Shown piece after piece: positions 39,665 through 48,444 of a stretch of 64,000 bases of DNA. The position numbers were made by a program, and so were the translations under genes. The notes under the pieces are model-generated. The model worked only from the letters and a program-made list of their open reading frames with translations. It was not told the origin of the DNA and searched no databases. The DNA is from Kiloniellaceae bacterium (GTDB taxonomy: Bacteria; Pseudomonadota; Alphaproteobacteria; Kiloniellales; Kiloniellaceae), in assembly GCA_040217155.1 (NCBI GenBank), contig JAVJNS010000026.1, positions 94,366-158,365 on the forward strand, written 5' to 3'. Position 1 is the first letter of the stretch; each line of letters starts with the position of its first letter.

Positions 39665-39721
39665 GCCTCGGCTTGATTTTGGGGGCCGATTCGAGGCCTT
39701 GAGAACGAAGACGGAGTCGGT

Positions 39722-40402
39722 ATGGATCAGGGACAGGGAGCCTTAACGCAGTTGCGCGCCTACCTGGCGCAGCGTGATCTGCCGACCAATACCCGCCTTC
39801 CTCCGGAACGTGAGCTCTGCGATATTCTCGGCGTTTCACGCGGCGAACTGCGCAAGGCGCTGGCGGTGATGGAAAGCAATGGGGAACTGTGGCGTCACGT
39901 CGGCAAGGGCACTTTCATGGGCGCCCGACCGGCCAAGGAGTATTCCGATGTCGCCGGCATCGCCGCCCTGACAAATCCACGCGACGTGATGCGCGCGCGC
40001 CTGCTGATCGAGCCCCAGATCGCGCGCGAAGCTGCCCTGAACGCGACGGCGGAAGATATTGCCGAGATGAAGCAATGCATGGTGGCTTCCGTTCAGGCCC
40101 AGACCTGGCGCCAATATGAAAACTGCGACAACCGCTTGCACCGCACGGTGGTCGAGGCAGCCCACAACACGGTACTACTGGCCCTGTTCGATACTCTGAA
40201 CGCAGTACGCCGGGCGGTGGTCTGGGGGCGGCTGCGCAACGAATCGGTTCGCCCGCCCAAGGACCATCACAGTTTCGCCGAGCATGAGGCGCTGGTTCGG
40301 GCCATCGAAGAGCGCGACCTGGACGGCGCCGGCCTGGCGATGCTGCGGCATCTCTCCCATGTCCAGGACAACCTGCTGGCTGCTCGCCAAGCTGCTGAGT
40401 AA
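39722..40402 (+). CDS. GntR/FadR family transcriptional regulator (FCD domain)
   Basis: LPPERELCDILGVSRGELRKAL, RHVGKGTF, RLLIEP, DNRLH, EHEALVRAI..RD. Confidence 0.93.
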   Translation: MDQGQGALTQLRAYLAQRDLPTNTRLPPERELCDILGVSRGELRKALAVMESNGELWRHVGKGTFMGARPAKEYSDVAGIAALTNPRDVMRARLLIEPQIAREAALNATAEDIAEMKQCMVASVQAQTWRQYENCDNRLHRTVVEAAHNTVLLALFDTLNAVRRAVVWGRLRNESVRPPKDHHSFAEHEALVRAIEERDLDGAGLAMLRHLSHVQDNLLAARQAAE

Positions 40403-40424
40403 GTCCGCGCCATGATTAGAAAAT

Positions 40425-40458
40425 CCGCGACTATCGGATCCTGACGAAAGAGTCGCGG
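40425..40458 (-). terminator. Probable intrinsic terminator hairpin
   Basis: CCGCGACT...AGTCGCGG 8-bp stem; on the minus strand it is followed by ATTTTCT. Lies just past the regulator stop codon and could act in both directions. Confidence 0.45.
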
Positions 40459-40673
40459 GGAAGACCTCTTGACCTGCGGGCCGCCGCGTTGGCCGACGAC
40501 GAGGATCCTCTACCTGGAGGGGCTCTGCCGGCAGATGATGGTGAATGACCCGCCGCATAAGCGCTGAATTCTCGGCATGCCGGAGAAAGCCGGCGAAGCG
40601 GACAGCCGTGCAGGTGTGGAGGGGAGGCTGAATTGCTTGCTGGAACTGTACAGCCCCCGGGCCGAGCAACCGC

Positions 40674-40972
40674 TAAAGCGCTTTGCGCCCAATTTGAATC
40701 AATTCTGTTTTCGAGCGGTGCGGCGATCCGTCAGGAGGCAGGCGCCCCCTGAAGCTCTCCGGCGCGATGCGGCGCATCGGGCAAGCCTGCCGACGCCGCG
40801 GGCGCCCGCCGCTCCGAAACCCGCCAGGGCCTTCGGGGGGCCGGGCGGCTTTGCGCCAGTACCGGCGGACTTTGGCTTGGCCATAGCGCCGCTATGCCCG
40901 GCGCCAAATCCTCTTGGTCCTGACACAAATCCGCTCCGGCAGAATGGTTCAAATCGGGCGCAAAGCGCTTTA
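40674..40972. mobile_element. MITE-like / structured palindromic element, 299 bp, non-autonomous
   Basis: Perfect 17-bp terminal inverted repeat TAAAGCGCTTTGCGCCC (40674-40690 / 40956-40972), extending to about 34 bp with 2 mismatches and 1 indel. Both ends are TA. Several internal hairpins; no convincing CDS. Confidence 0.6.
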
Positions 40973-40978
40973 AGCGCG

Positions 40979-41998
40979 CTACCGCCGTATCTCGCCATCC
41001 GGCCGAAAGGCGTGGAACACGAAGGCGAAGGTCACATCATAGGGCACGTCCGCCAAGCCTTCGGCCCCGCGACGCTGCACGACGACGTTGCCGATCTCAC
41101 GTCCCTCCGAAATGGCACGCGTATCCAGGGCCGAGGTTTGTCCCGGCGTCCAACTGAGTACCAGGTCGCCGCTCTCAACACGCCCTTCCCGGCGCAGCAG
41201 GTCCAGGCTCCAGGCCTCATTGCCGATGGCAACGACCCGTGCCATCGGCTCGATGCCCTCTGGAAAACTGCCGTCGTAGAGAAAAGGCACGGCGGCGCTG
41301 TCGTAGCCGACATAGGGATTGGCGCCGTAAGAACGCAGCCGGGGATTATTGGGCACCAGTACCTGGCCTTCGGGAAATCGGGCCGCGAAGTTCTCCCAGG
41401 ATTCGAGCCGGGCCGGCAGCATGGTCAGGCGCTTGCCGGTTTGAGTGCCGACGATGGCTTCGCCCAGAAACTGTTGCCACCAACTTTCCGTGGCGCGGTC
41501 ATACATGACGAGGTCAGAATGACGCAGCATTCCCGTCGTACCGAATGTGGTGGCCTGGCCGTCGATCCGCCGGTCGAAGACGATGGCGGCGTTGCAGAGC
41601 GGACAATAGGTAACCGCGACAGGCGTGCCGCCAACCGTATCGTTGACGATCTCATGCCAGGTCAGAATTCGCAGGGGATAGGCCCGCGCATCGCCGGCGA
41701 TCTGCAGGCCGATCACCGGTTCACTCGGCGAGAGGTCGGTGACATCGCCGACCGCAACGAAACGCGGGTCGTCAATCGAGGGGATGCCGTCCTTGGGCGG
41801 ACCGCCGCTTAGGATCTCATCGAAGGCGATTGAGGTTTTGCTAAAGTCGGTGTTTGGCCAGGCGCGCGCCCAGCGTTCAGGGTTGGCCTGTGCGCTTTGG
41901 CTGGCGGCCAGGAACACAATGGCCAAAAACACAAGCGCGGCCAGACCAGCAACAGTCGGGCCGCGGAGAAGCGGGCTGTGCGACGTCTTCATAGCCAC
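40979..41998 (-). CDS. DUF3179 family exported protein
   Basis: Signal peptide, GGPPKDGIPSID, RAYP..IL.WHEIVND, TYCPLC, G.L..SDLVMYDR.TESWWQQ. Confidence 0.85.
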   Translation of the reverse strand: MAMKTSHSPLLRGPTVAGLAALVFLAIVFLAASQSAQANPERWARAWPNTDFSKTSIAFDEILSGGPPKDGIPSIDDPRFVAVGDVTDLSPSEPVIGLQIAGDARAYPLRILTWHEIVNDTVGGTPVAVTYCPLCNAAIVFDRRIDGQATTFGTTGMLRHSDLVMYDRATESWWQQFLGEAIVGTQTGKRLTMLPARLESWENFAARFPEGQVLVPNNPRLRSYGANPYVGYDSAAVPFLYDGSFPEGIEPMARVVAIGNEAWSLDLLRREGRVESGDLVLSWTPGQTSALDTRAISEGREIGNVVVQRRGAEGLADVPYDVTFAFVFHAFRPDGEIRR

Positions 41999-42050
41999 AG
42001 ATTGACCGCAACGGGGCGATCAAGGCCAATCACGTCCGCTTGAACTTGCT

Positions 42051-43391
42051 CTAGCTTCTCGCGGCAGAAACCTCGCGAATCAGTGGATCAAGCGCTGCCA
42101 TGACCCGATCGAGAACCCCGGCCTGGTTGCCGGCGTAGGCCTTGGCTTCGGCAATCATGGTTTGGCGGACGGCGGGATTCTCGTGCAGTTCGGCCACCGC
42201 TGCCGTCAGAGCTGCAGCGCTGTTGACCGGACGCAGGGCGCCGACTGCCGTCATGTCCGCTGCCATGCGCGCAAAGTTGGCGGTATGAGGGCCGCAGAGA
42301 ATGGCGCAGTCGAGTTTCGCCGGCTCAAGCACGTTCTGTCCGCCTTTAGGCACCAGCGAGCCGCCGACGAAGACCACCTCTGCCAAGCGGTACCAGAGAC
42401 CCATTTCACCGATGCTGTCGGCCAGGTAGACGTCGATGCCAGGCTCGATCGGTTCGCCGAGGCTGCGTTGGGCCACGTTGAGGCCGAGAGTCTCCAACTC
42501 GTGACGGATCTCCTCGGCACGGTTGGGGTGGCGCGGTGCCAGCAGAGTCAGCAGTTTGGGGAGGCGGTTGCGCAATGCGTTGTGAATCTCACCTGCCAAC
42601 TGATCTTCGCCGGGATGAGTGGAGGCCGCGAGCCAGCGCGGGCGGCCGGACAGTTCTGCCTCAAGGCGGGAAAGTTCCACCGGATCGGCTGAAAGCGGTG
42701 GAGCGGCGGCTTTCAGGTCGCCCGGGCTGAGTACCTGGTTGGCGCCGAGGGCGACAAGATGATCGTGGTCTTCGGGCGCGCGCGCCATGACCAGTGAGAA
42801 GTTCGAAAGCAGCGAAGCGATCAAGGGGCGCAGGCGGCGCCAGCCGCGATATGATCCTGGGGAAATGCGCCCGTTCACGAGGACCAGCTTTGTGCCACGG
42901 GTTGCTGCGCAGCGCAGCAGGTTGGGCCAGAATTCAGACTCGATGATCAGTCCGATTTCCGGCTGCCAGTGGTCGAAGAACTTCGCCACGGCCCCCGGCA
43001 GGTCCACCGGCACGAACTGATGGATGACACCCGCCGGCAGACGCTCGGCCACCAGCCTGGCGGAAGTCACCGTGCCGGTCGTGAGCAGGATACTGAAGGC
43101 CGGCCAGTCGTGGCGCAGGCGCTCGATCAGTGGAAGCGCCGATTGAGCCTCACCAACACTGGCGCCGTGGATCCAAACAACCGGTCCGCTGGGGCGGGCG
43201 ACACTCGCCCTTCCGAAGCGTTCTCGCAGACGCTCAGGATCCTCGCGACCGCGCGACAACCGGCGATTCAGGTAGTTGCGGATGAGCGGTGTCGCTGGGG
43301 TTCCGATCAGCCGATAGGCGGTAAAGACGCCCTCGGCGAAGGCGCGGCCAAACGGTCCAAGCGCGGATCGGCGGCATTGCGGCGAATTCAC
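42051..43391 (-). CDS. waaA: 3-deoxy-D-manno-octulosonic acid (Kdo) transferase
   Basis: VWIHGASVGE, TTGTVTS, ESEFWPN, NGRIS, ASTHPGE, PRHP, DSIGEMG, FVGGSL, GQNVLEP. GTG 43391 gives a GTGA overlap with the upstream stop. Confidence 0.95.
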   Translation of the reverse strand: MNSPQCRRSALGPFGRAFAEGVFTAYRLIGTPATPLIRNYLNRRLSRGREDPERLRERFGRASVARPSGPVVWIHGASVGEAQSALPLIERLRHDWPAFSILLTTGTVTSARLVAERLPAGVIHQFVPVDLPGAVAKFFDHWQPEIGLIIESEFWPNLLRCAATRGTKLVLVNGRISPGSYRGWRRLRPLIASLLSNFSLVMARAPEDHDHLVALGANQVLSPGDLKAAAPPLSADPVELSRLEAELSGRPRWLAASTHPGEDQLAGEIHNALRNRLPKLLTLLAPRHPNRAEEIRHELETLGLNVAQRSLGEPIEPGIDVYLADSIGEMGLWYRLAEVVFVGGSLVPKGGQNVLEPAKLDCAILCGPHTANFARMAADMTAVGALRPVNSAAALTAAVAELHENPAVRQTMIAEAKAYAGNQAGVLDRVMAALDPLIREVSAARS

Positions 43392-44335
43392 GTGCGCTGC
43401 CTCTGCCTCTGTTTTTGAAAGGTGATGGCAAGCCCCTCGTCTACACTGAACCTTGGGGTCCATCCAAGCGCTTTGTGAATAGCTGAATTATCAATCGTCA
43501 GGCTGCCGGTGAGGGCGGCTATCGCGCGTTCTCGACCAAGCAGTCTGCCGGCCAGATGCAGCAGCCCTCGCGGAACAGGAAAGAGCCGTGCCGGCCGGCC
43601 GCAAGCACGGCCGATGCGCCGAGTCAGTTCCGGTGTCGAGAGGTCCTCACCGTCGGCCAGGGGCAGGGGCGCCGCGGGAGAAGTGCGGCAGGCGAGGGCC
43701 GATTCGATCGCTGCGATCAGGTTCCCCAGGTAGAGCAGGCTGCGCCGGTTTTCGAGCCCTGCCAGCGGCAGGGGCAGGCCACTGGCGACCAGTCGGACCA
43801 GGCGCGCGAAATTGCCGGGCGCGCCCGGGCCATAAATCAGCGGCGGCCGCAGCATGACCAGCACCATGCCGCTATTTCCGACGCTTTGGCGCAAAGCCGC
43901 CTCGGCTTCCAGTTTGCTCTTCTGGTAAGGGCTCGCCCCATCAGGCTCGGCTCCGTCCGGTTTGGACTCGGCTGCTGCCGCACCGATGGAACTCAAGTAG
44001 ACGAAACACCCGACACCGGCGGCCGCCGCTTGTTCGGCAAGGCGCCGACTGCCTTCCACATTCACACGGCTGAACGCGGCCAAGGGATCGGTTTCGCTTT
44101 CCCGCGACACATGCACCCGCGCGGCGCAATGCACGACGGAATTAACCTCTGTCAGGACCGAGGTCCAGTCCGTAGTGCCATCCAGAGGCCCGGATACGAC
44201 GGCCTCTACACCCTCAGGTGCGACAGCCGAATCATGACGCAGGCTGCCGCGTACCTGCCAGCGCTGCGCCAGTAGATGCCGGCACACCGCCGCGCCGACG
44301 AAACCATTGGCGCCGGTGACCAGAACGCGCGGCAT
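43388..44335 (-). CDS. NAD-dependent epimerase/dehydratase (UDP-sugar 4-epimerase/reductase-like)
   Basis: VLVTGANGFVG, HCAARVH, YLSS, YQKSK, RPPLIYGPG..GNF, NRRSL. Confidence 0.9.
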   Translation of the reverse strand: MPRVLVTGANGFVGAAVCRHLLAQRWQVRGSLRHDSAVAPEGVEAVVSGPLDGTTDWTSVLTEVNSVVHCAARVHVSRESETDPLAAFSRVNVEGSRRLAEQAAAAGVGCFVYLSSIGAAAAESKPDGAEPDGASPYQKSKLEAEAALRQSVGNSGMVLVMLRPPLIYGPGAPGNFARLVRLVASGLPLPLAGLENRRSLLYLGNLIAAIESALACRTSPAAPLPLADGEDLSTPELTRRIGRACGRPARLFPVPRGLLHLAGRLLGRERAIAALTGSLTIDNSAIHKALGWTPRFSVDEGLAITFQKQRQRQRT

Positions 44336-44337
44336 GA

Positions 44338-45096
44338 TCAAAACGCCAGCCGCTTGAGGATGGCGCGGGTACCGTAGTGGGCCATGCACCAGGCGGCGCG
44401 CGGCAAACTGAGCTTCTCGACATCTCGGTAGACAGTCCAAACCCATGCTGCCGAACGTTTCGGCTCGCTGGACAGGGAATCGGCGACTACGCGGTAGCGG
44501 GCCAAGTCCTCCTGCAGGCCGTAGGCGGTAAAGCCGCGCTTCAGAATCGACAGCCAGAGTATATAGTCGTCGCGTCGCGCCTCGGCCATGCGGAGAGGCC
44601 CGGTCTTGGCGGTATCGACCATGCCGGTGAGAGTGGCAATCGCCGTGTTTTTCAGCAGTTGCCGGTAGGTCAAGCTTGGCGGCACCCGGACCAGCCTGCC
44701 AAGGCGGTGGCCATCTTCGCCGATGCGCCGAAAAGCGGTATAGGAAACAGCCGCGTCGTGGGCGCCCATGAATCTTGTCTGGTGTTTCAGCTTATCCGGC
44801 AACCATAGATCGTCGCTGTCGAGAAAGGCGACATAGCGCCCCTGAGCCTTGGCCAGGGCGGCGTTGCGGGCGCGGGCAACACCGCCGTTCTGGTCCAGGC
44901 GGAGCAGGTGGATGCGGGGATCCTGGGCGGTGAGGATCTCGACGATTTTCGCGGTGTCGTCGCTCGAGGCATCATCAGCGATCAGCATCTCCCAGTCGGC
45001 CAGACTCTGAGCCTGCACTGAAGCGACGGTTTCCGCGATGAAAGCTTCGGCGTTGTAAGCGGCGGTGATGATGGAGACCAGCGGCCGGTCGTTCAT
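44338..45096 (-). CDS. GT2 glycosyltransferase (TuaG-like)
   Basis: VSIITAAYN, DDASSD, ARN.AL, AFLDSDDLW..KL, DYILWL. Confidence 0.92.
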   Translation of the reverse strand: MNDRPLVSIITAAYNAEAFIAETVASVQAQSLADWEMLIADDASSDDTAKIVEILTAQDPRIHLLRLDQNGGVARARNAALAKAQGRYVAFLDSDDLWLPDKLKHQTRFMGAHDAAVSYTAFRRIGEDGHRLGRLVRVPPSLTYRQLLKNTAIATLTGMVDTAKTGPLRMAEARRDDYILWLSILKRGFTAYGLQEDLARYRVVADSLSSEPKRSAAWVWTVYRDVEKLSLPRAAWCMAHYGTRAILKRLAF

Positions 45097-46319
45097 GCCG
45101 CGGCCCCCGACAGGCGAGCCTTGTTCAGCGTTGACCATAACCTGAGGCGTTCTGCCATCAGGCGGTCGATGTCGAAGTCCGCGAGTATCCGGGCCTGGGC
45201 CCTGCCGCCAATTCGCGCCACAGCTTCCCCGTCGTTCAGGGTGGTGCCGAGTACACGGGCGGCCCCGGCTATGTCGCCCGGGTCAACCAGGAGTCCGGTT
45301 TTGCCGTCGTCGATCAGCTCTTCGATCCCGGTCGAGCGGGTCGTGAGGCACAGGCAGCGTTGCAGCATGGCTTCCTTGAGGGCATTGGGCAGGCGCTCCG
45401 AAGGGCTTTGCGACATGGTGATCGCGATCTCGGCTTCGGCGAGGCGTCTGAAGACCTCGTCATGCGACACATGCCCGGCGAAGATTACCCTCGCTTCGAT
45501 GTCAAGCTGCCTTGCCAGAGATTTCAGGTGCGGTGACTCCGGACCGTCGCCGAGAACATGAAGGCGGGCATCGGGAGATCTCTTGGCAACTTCGGCAAAG
45601 ACCCGCAGCGTATCCGTCGTGCGTTTTTGTGGCACGAGGCGCTCGGCGACCACCATCAGGCCGCGGATTTTTTTTGGCGCCGGCAATGGAGTGGGGACCT
45701 CGATGCCGCGGTAGCAGACATCCACCCTGGCGGGGTCAAATCCCAAAGCCGCCAGCGCCGGCAGGTTCGCCTCCGCATGGGTCGTCACCCGGTCGGCCTG
45801 CCGCGCGAGCTGTATGCTCAATGGGAAGCCCTGCTCCAGGTCATAGGCGCCGAGAAAGTGACTGACGACGGTCAGCGGCAGGCGCCGCTTTGCCAGCAGG
45901 CCCACCAGGCTTGGATAGTGGCCCCAGAAGAGATGGACGATGTCCGGTTTCAAAACCTCGAGGCGCTTCAGCATTCCAAGGCTGCGGGGCACCAGCGCCA
46001 GCGCCTTCGCAAGCTGCCACGGCTTGCCTCGGCAATGCCAAAGAACGGTGGCGATCAGGGGCAGGCTGTCTTGCGGCCGCAAGACGACCTCAGCAAGGCC
46101 TCGAAGCGTCGCCGCAAGGCTCCCCTGATCGACCGGCAGATTCGCCAGCCCGCGCTCGGCGAGCAAGGCGTTGGCGTGAGCCGGCGGCCGCCGGTAAGCC
46201 AGCACCGTGATATCGGCACCGAGCCGCTGCAGTGCACGCAACTCCACAGCGGCAAAAGCTTCCGAGGCGACAGGGAACTGCATGGTGACGTAGGCAATTT
46301 TCAATGGGGCGACGTTCAC
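45093..46319 (-). CDS. GT4 glycosyltransferase (WcaL-like)
   Basis: FPVASEAF, HLFWGHYP, KRTTDTL, ERLPNALKEAM, GIEELI. Confidence 0.85.
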   Translation of the reverse strand: MNVAPLKIAYVTMQFPVASEAFAAVELRALQRLGADITVLAYRRPPAHANALLAERGLANLPVDQGSLAATLRGLAEVVLRPQDSLPLIATVLWHCRGKPWQLAKALALVPRSLGMLKRLEVLKPDIVHLFWGHYPSLVGLLAKRRLPLTVVSHFLGAYDLEQGFPLSIQLARQADRVTTHAEANLPALAALGFDPARVDVCYRGIEVPTPLPAPKKIRGLMVVAERLVPQKRTTDTLRVFAEVAKRSPDARLHVLGDGPESPHLKSLARQLDIEARVIFAGHVSHDEVFRRLAEAEIAITMSQSPSERLPNALKEAMLQRCLCLTTRSTGIEELIDDGKTGLLVDPGDIAGAARVLGTTLNDGEAVARIGGRAQARILADFDIDRLMAERLRLWSTLNKARLSGAAA

Positions 46320-47467
46320 AGCTGCCGCTCATCTGCGGCGCCCGGCTGTTCGGCGAGGCGGTGCAGCTGTTCGTTGAAGATCGCGGCGACGTTCTCCAGC
46401 GCATAGCGCTCGGGCAGCAGGCTGGGCGCCGGGGCAGCCAAGTGACGGGGGCGGCAGCTTGCCATCCTCGCCGCAAAGTCACTGCCCCAGGGAACAACCG
46501 AGACCGCGCCTGGGGCAGCGGCATCGGCCAACTCCGCGATGCCGCCGGATTCCGGCGTGGCAATGACCGGCGTGCCGACCGCCAAGGACTCCAGAGCGAC
46601 ATTCGGGAGACCTTCCCAGCGTGAAGAGATTACGCAGGCATCGGCGCCGGCAAGCGCGGCTGCAAGTTTATCGGTGAAGCCTGCCAGGATGATCCGTTGG
46701 TTGAGACCCCGGTCGTGAATTTGCTGCAGCAGGGCTGCTTGATCCTCACCCTCGCCATAGATGGTCAGCCGGGCGTCGTCCGGGAGTTCGATGAACAATT
46801 CGATCAGCCGGTCGAATCCCTTCTGCCGGTGCAGGCGACCGGCAGCCGCGAAGCGCAAACCGATACCCTCGGAACGTAGCGGTGATGCCGCGGATTGGCG
46901 CAGCCGCGCAACGGGCACGGGGTTGGGCAGGCCGGCAATCCGGTCGGCGGGCACGCGGAAGGTCGCGCGCATCTCCTGCTCGGTCTTCTGATGCTGGCAG
47001 AACAGCAGATCGGCCCGCGGATAGAGCCAGCGATAGGCCGCGGTCATGAGCCGCGGATGGCGCCGGTTGGGAAGACTTTGGGAGGGCGTGTTGGATTCCC
47101 GCAAGACAATGCGGGTACCCGCAGGCATGAAGCAGCGTGCGGCAAGCAGGGCGATGTTGAGATACCCCTGGCTGGCAAAGACGATGGCGGGGCGTTCCCG
47201 CCGTATGACACTCAGCAGGGCGGGCAGGGCGCGGCGGAGACGGGGTGACCCAATCTCCTGTAGTGTGACCTCGGGCGCCAACAAAAGTCGCAGCGGTCCC
47301 GTGCCCTCAAGCACGAGCAACTGTGGGGCAAAGCTTCGGCGATCAAGCTGATTGAGGAGAGTGAGGGCGACTCGCTCCGCCCCGCCGCCGGCAAAGTTCG
47401 GCAGGACAAAGAGGATTTTTCTGAGCGTTGCGTTCGTGCCAGTCATGCCGCCGCGATGCTGGATCAA
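46316..47467 (-). CDS. GT4 glycosyltransferase
   Basis: FAGGGAERV, RESNTP, AGRLHRQKGF, SSRWEGLPNVALES. TTGA overlap with the upstream gene. Confidence 0.92.
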   Translation of the reverse strand: MIQHRGGMTGTNATLRKILFVLPNFAGGGAERVALTLLNQLDRRSFAPQLLVLEGTGPLRLLLAPEVTLQEIGSPRLRRALPALLSVIRRERPAIVFASQGYLNIALLAARCFMPAGTRIVLRESNTPSQSLPNRRHPRLMTAAYRWLYPRADLLFCQHQKTEQEMRATFRVPADRIAGLPNPVPVARLRQSAASPLRSEGIGLRFAAAGRLHRQKGFDRLIELFIELPDDARLTIYGEGEDQAALLQQIHDRGLNQRIILAGFTDKLAAALAGADACVISSRWEGLPNVALESLAVGTPVIATPESGGIAELADAAAPGAVSVVPWGSDFAARMASCRPRHLAAPAPSLLPERYALENVAAIFNEQLHRLAEQPGAADERQL

Positions 47468-48444
47468 CTCGCGCTGCGCAGGCTGCGAGCCCAGTCCCGC
47501 AGGCGCTTGGCCTTTGACAGCAGATTCTGTTTGGCGCTGCCCGGGAAGCCCGCTGCCGTGAACAACTCCGGATAGCCCAGATAGGTGTGGGAGCGAGCCA
47601 AGCCGCCTATTTTGTCGCGCTGGAAGGCGGTCATGGGGAGGGCGCGCATGGCGTCAATGGAGACCCGCTTGGCGCCGTTGTCATAGAGATGGAGGGCTTT
47701 GGCCGGTTCCAACCGGTCGCGAGCCTGATCGGGCAGCGCGGCGAGAATACGGGTCCAGTTTCCCTCGATTTCCTCCGCCGACCAGGCGGCGATGTTCCAA
47801 GCGGCGGGCTTCTCCCGCGCCAAGTCGATCGGCTTTGTCACACGAAAGGCGACGGTCGAGCCGCCGAAGACCACGTGGATAAGTTCCACGTGGTCACGCA
47901 GGACATGAAAGCAAGCCGCGAGGGCGTAGGCAGGAAAATACTGATAGTCCTGAATGGCAATGATGGAGCGTCCGGCTATGAGCGATGGCCCAAAGACCTC
48001 AAGGCAACGGGTAATTTCCCGAAGCTTCTTGGGTGCGTCGAGGAACAGGACTTCTACCGGGCCGTCGGCCCAGGTGATATCCGCGATGCGGGTGCGATGC
48101 GGTACCACAAAATGACTGTAGGCACTGACGTTCGCCTCGAAATATTCTTGAAAGTTATCGCCGGGCTTAAGCGGCAAGTCGGACTTGCCGGGGTCGCTGG
48201 GGGCCCAGGTGAAGCCGTCAAAGCAATGCAGAGTTTCATGGTGTCCGGCGCGATCCAAACCGGCAGCCAGGTGGACAGTGCTGCGGCCGAGCCAGGAGCC
48301 GACTTCGACCAGCCGTCCGGCCCCGGTAAGCTGCGTGGAGGCCAGCCAGTAAAGATAGCGGGACTCGGCGGCTGAGGTCATGCCGGGAACCTCGGCAAGG
48401 TCGGGGAGGGCAACGTCGCCGAAATCTGATGCGAGGAGAGTCAC
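47464..48444 (-). CDS. Class I SAM-dependent methyltransferase (Methyltransf_24-like)
   Basis: LVEVGSWLGRST, HCFDGF, LFLDAPK, IQDY. Confidence 0.8.
   Translation of the reverse strand: MTLLASDFGDVALPDLAEVPGMTSAAESRYLYWLASTQLTGAGRLVEVGSWLGRSTVHLAAGLDRAGHHETLHCFDGFTWAPSDPGKSDLPLKPGDNFQEYFEANVSAYSHFVVPHRTRIADITWADGPVEVLFLDAPKKLREITRCLEVFGPSLIAGRSIIAIQDYQYFPAYALAACFHVLRDHVELIHVVFGGSTVAFRVTKPIDLAREKPAAWNIAAWSAEEIEGNWTRILAALPDQARDRLEPAKALHLYDNGAKRVSIDAMRALPMTAFQRDKIGGLARSHTYLGYPELFTAAGFPGSAKQNLLSKAKRLRDWARSLRSAS

Noticed and set aside
40441-40450. CTGACGA/GAAA resembling a hammerhead ribozyme core
   Set aside because: The GAAA overlaps the CUGANGA with no stem II between them; the region is better explained as a terminator hairpin.
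40577-41812. 411-aa plus-strand ORF crossing the repeat element
   Set aside because: Mostly antisense to DUF3179, low-complexity Ala/Pro/Arg content, no motifs; typical GC-rich shadow ORF.
43466-43475. AAGCGCTTTG matching the core of the element's terminal repeat
   Set aside because: Only 10 bp, inside the epimerase coding sequence, with no partner repeat.
43935-43975. Short PDGAE/PDGAS duplication before the epimerase YxxxK motif
   Set aside because: A two-copy degenerate micro-duplication in a variable loop; catalytic residues are intact.
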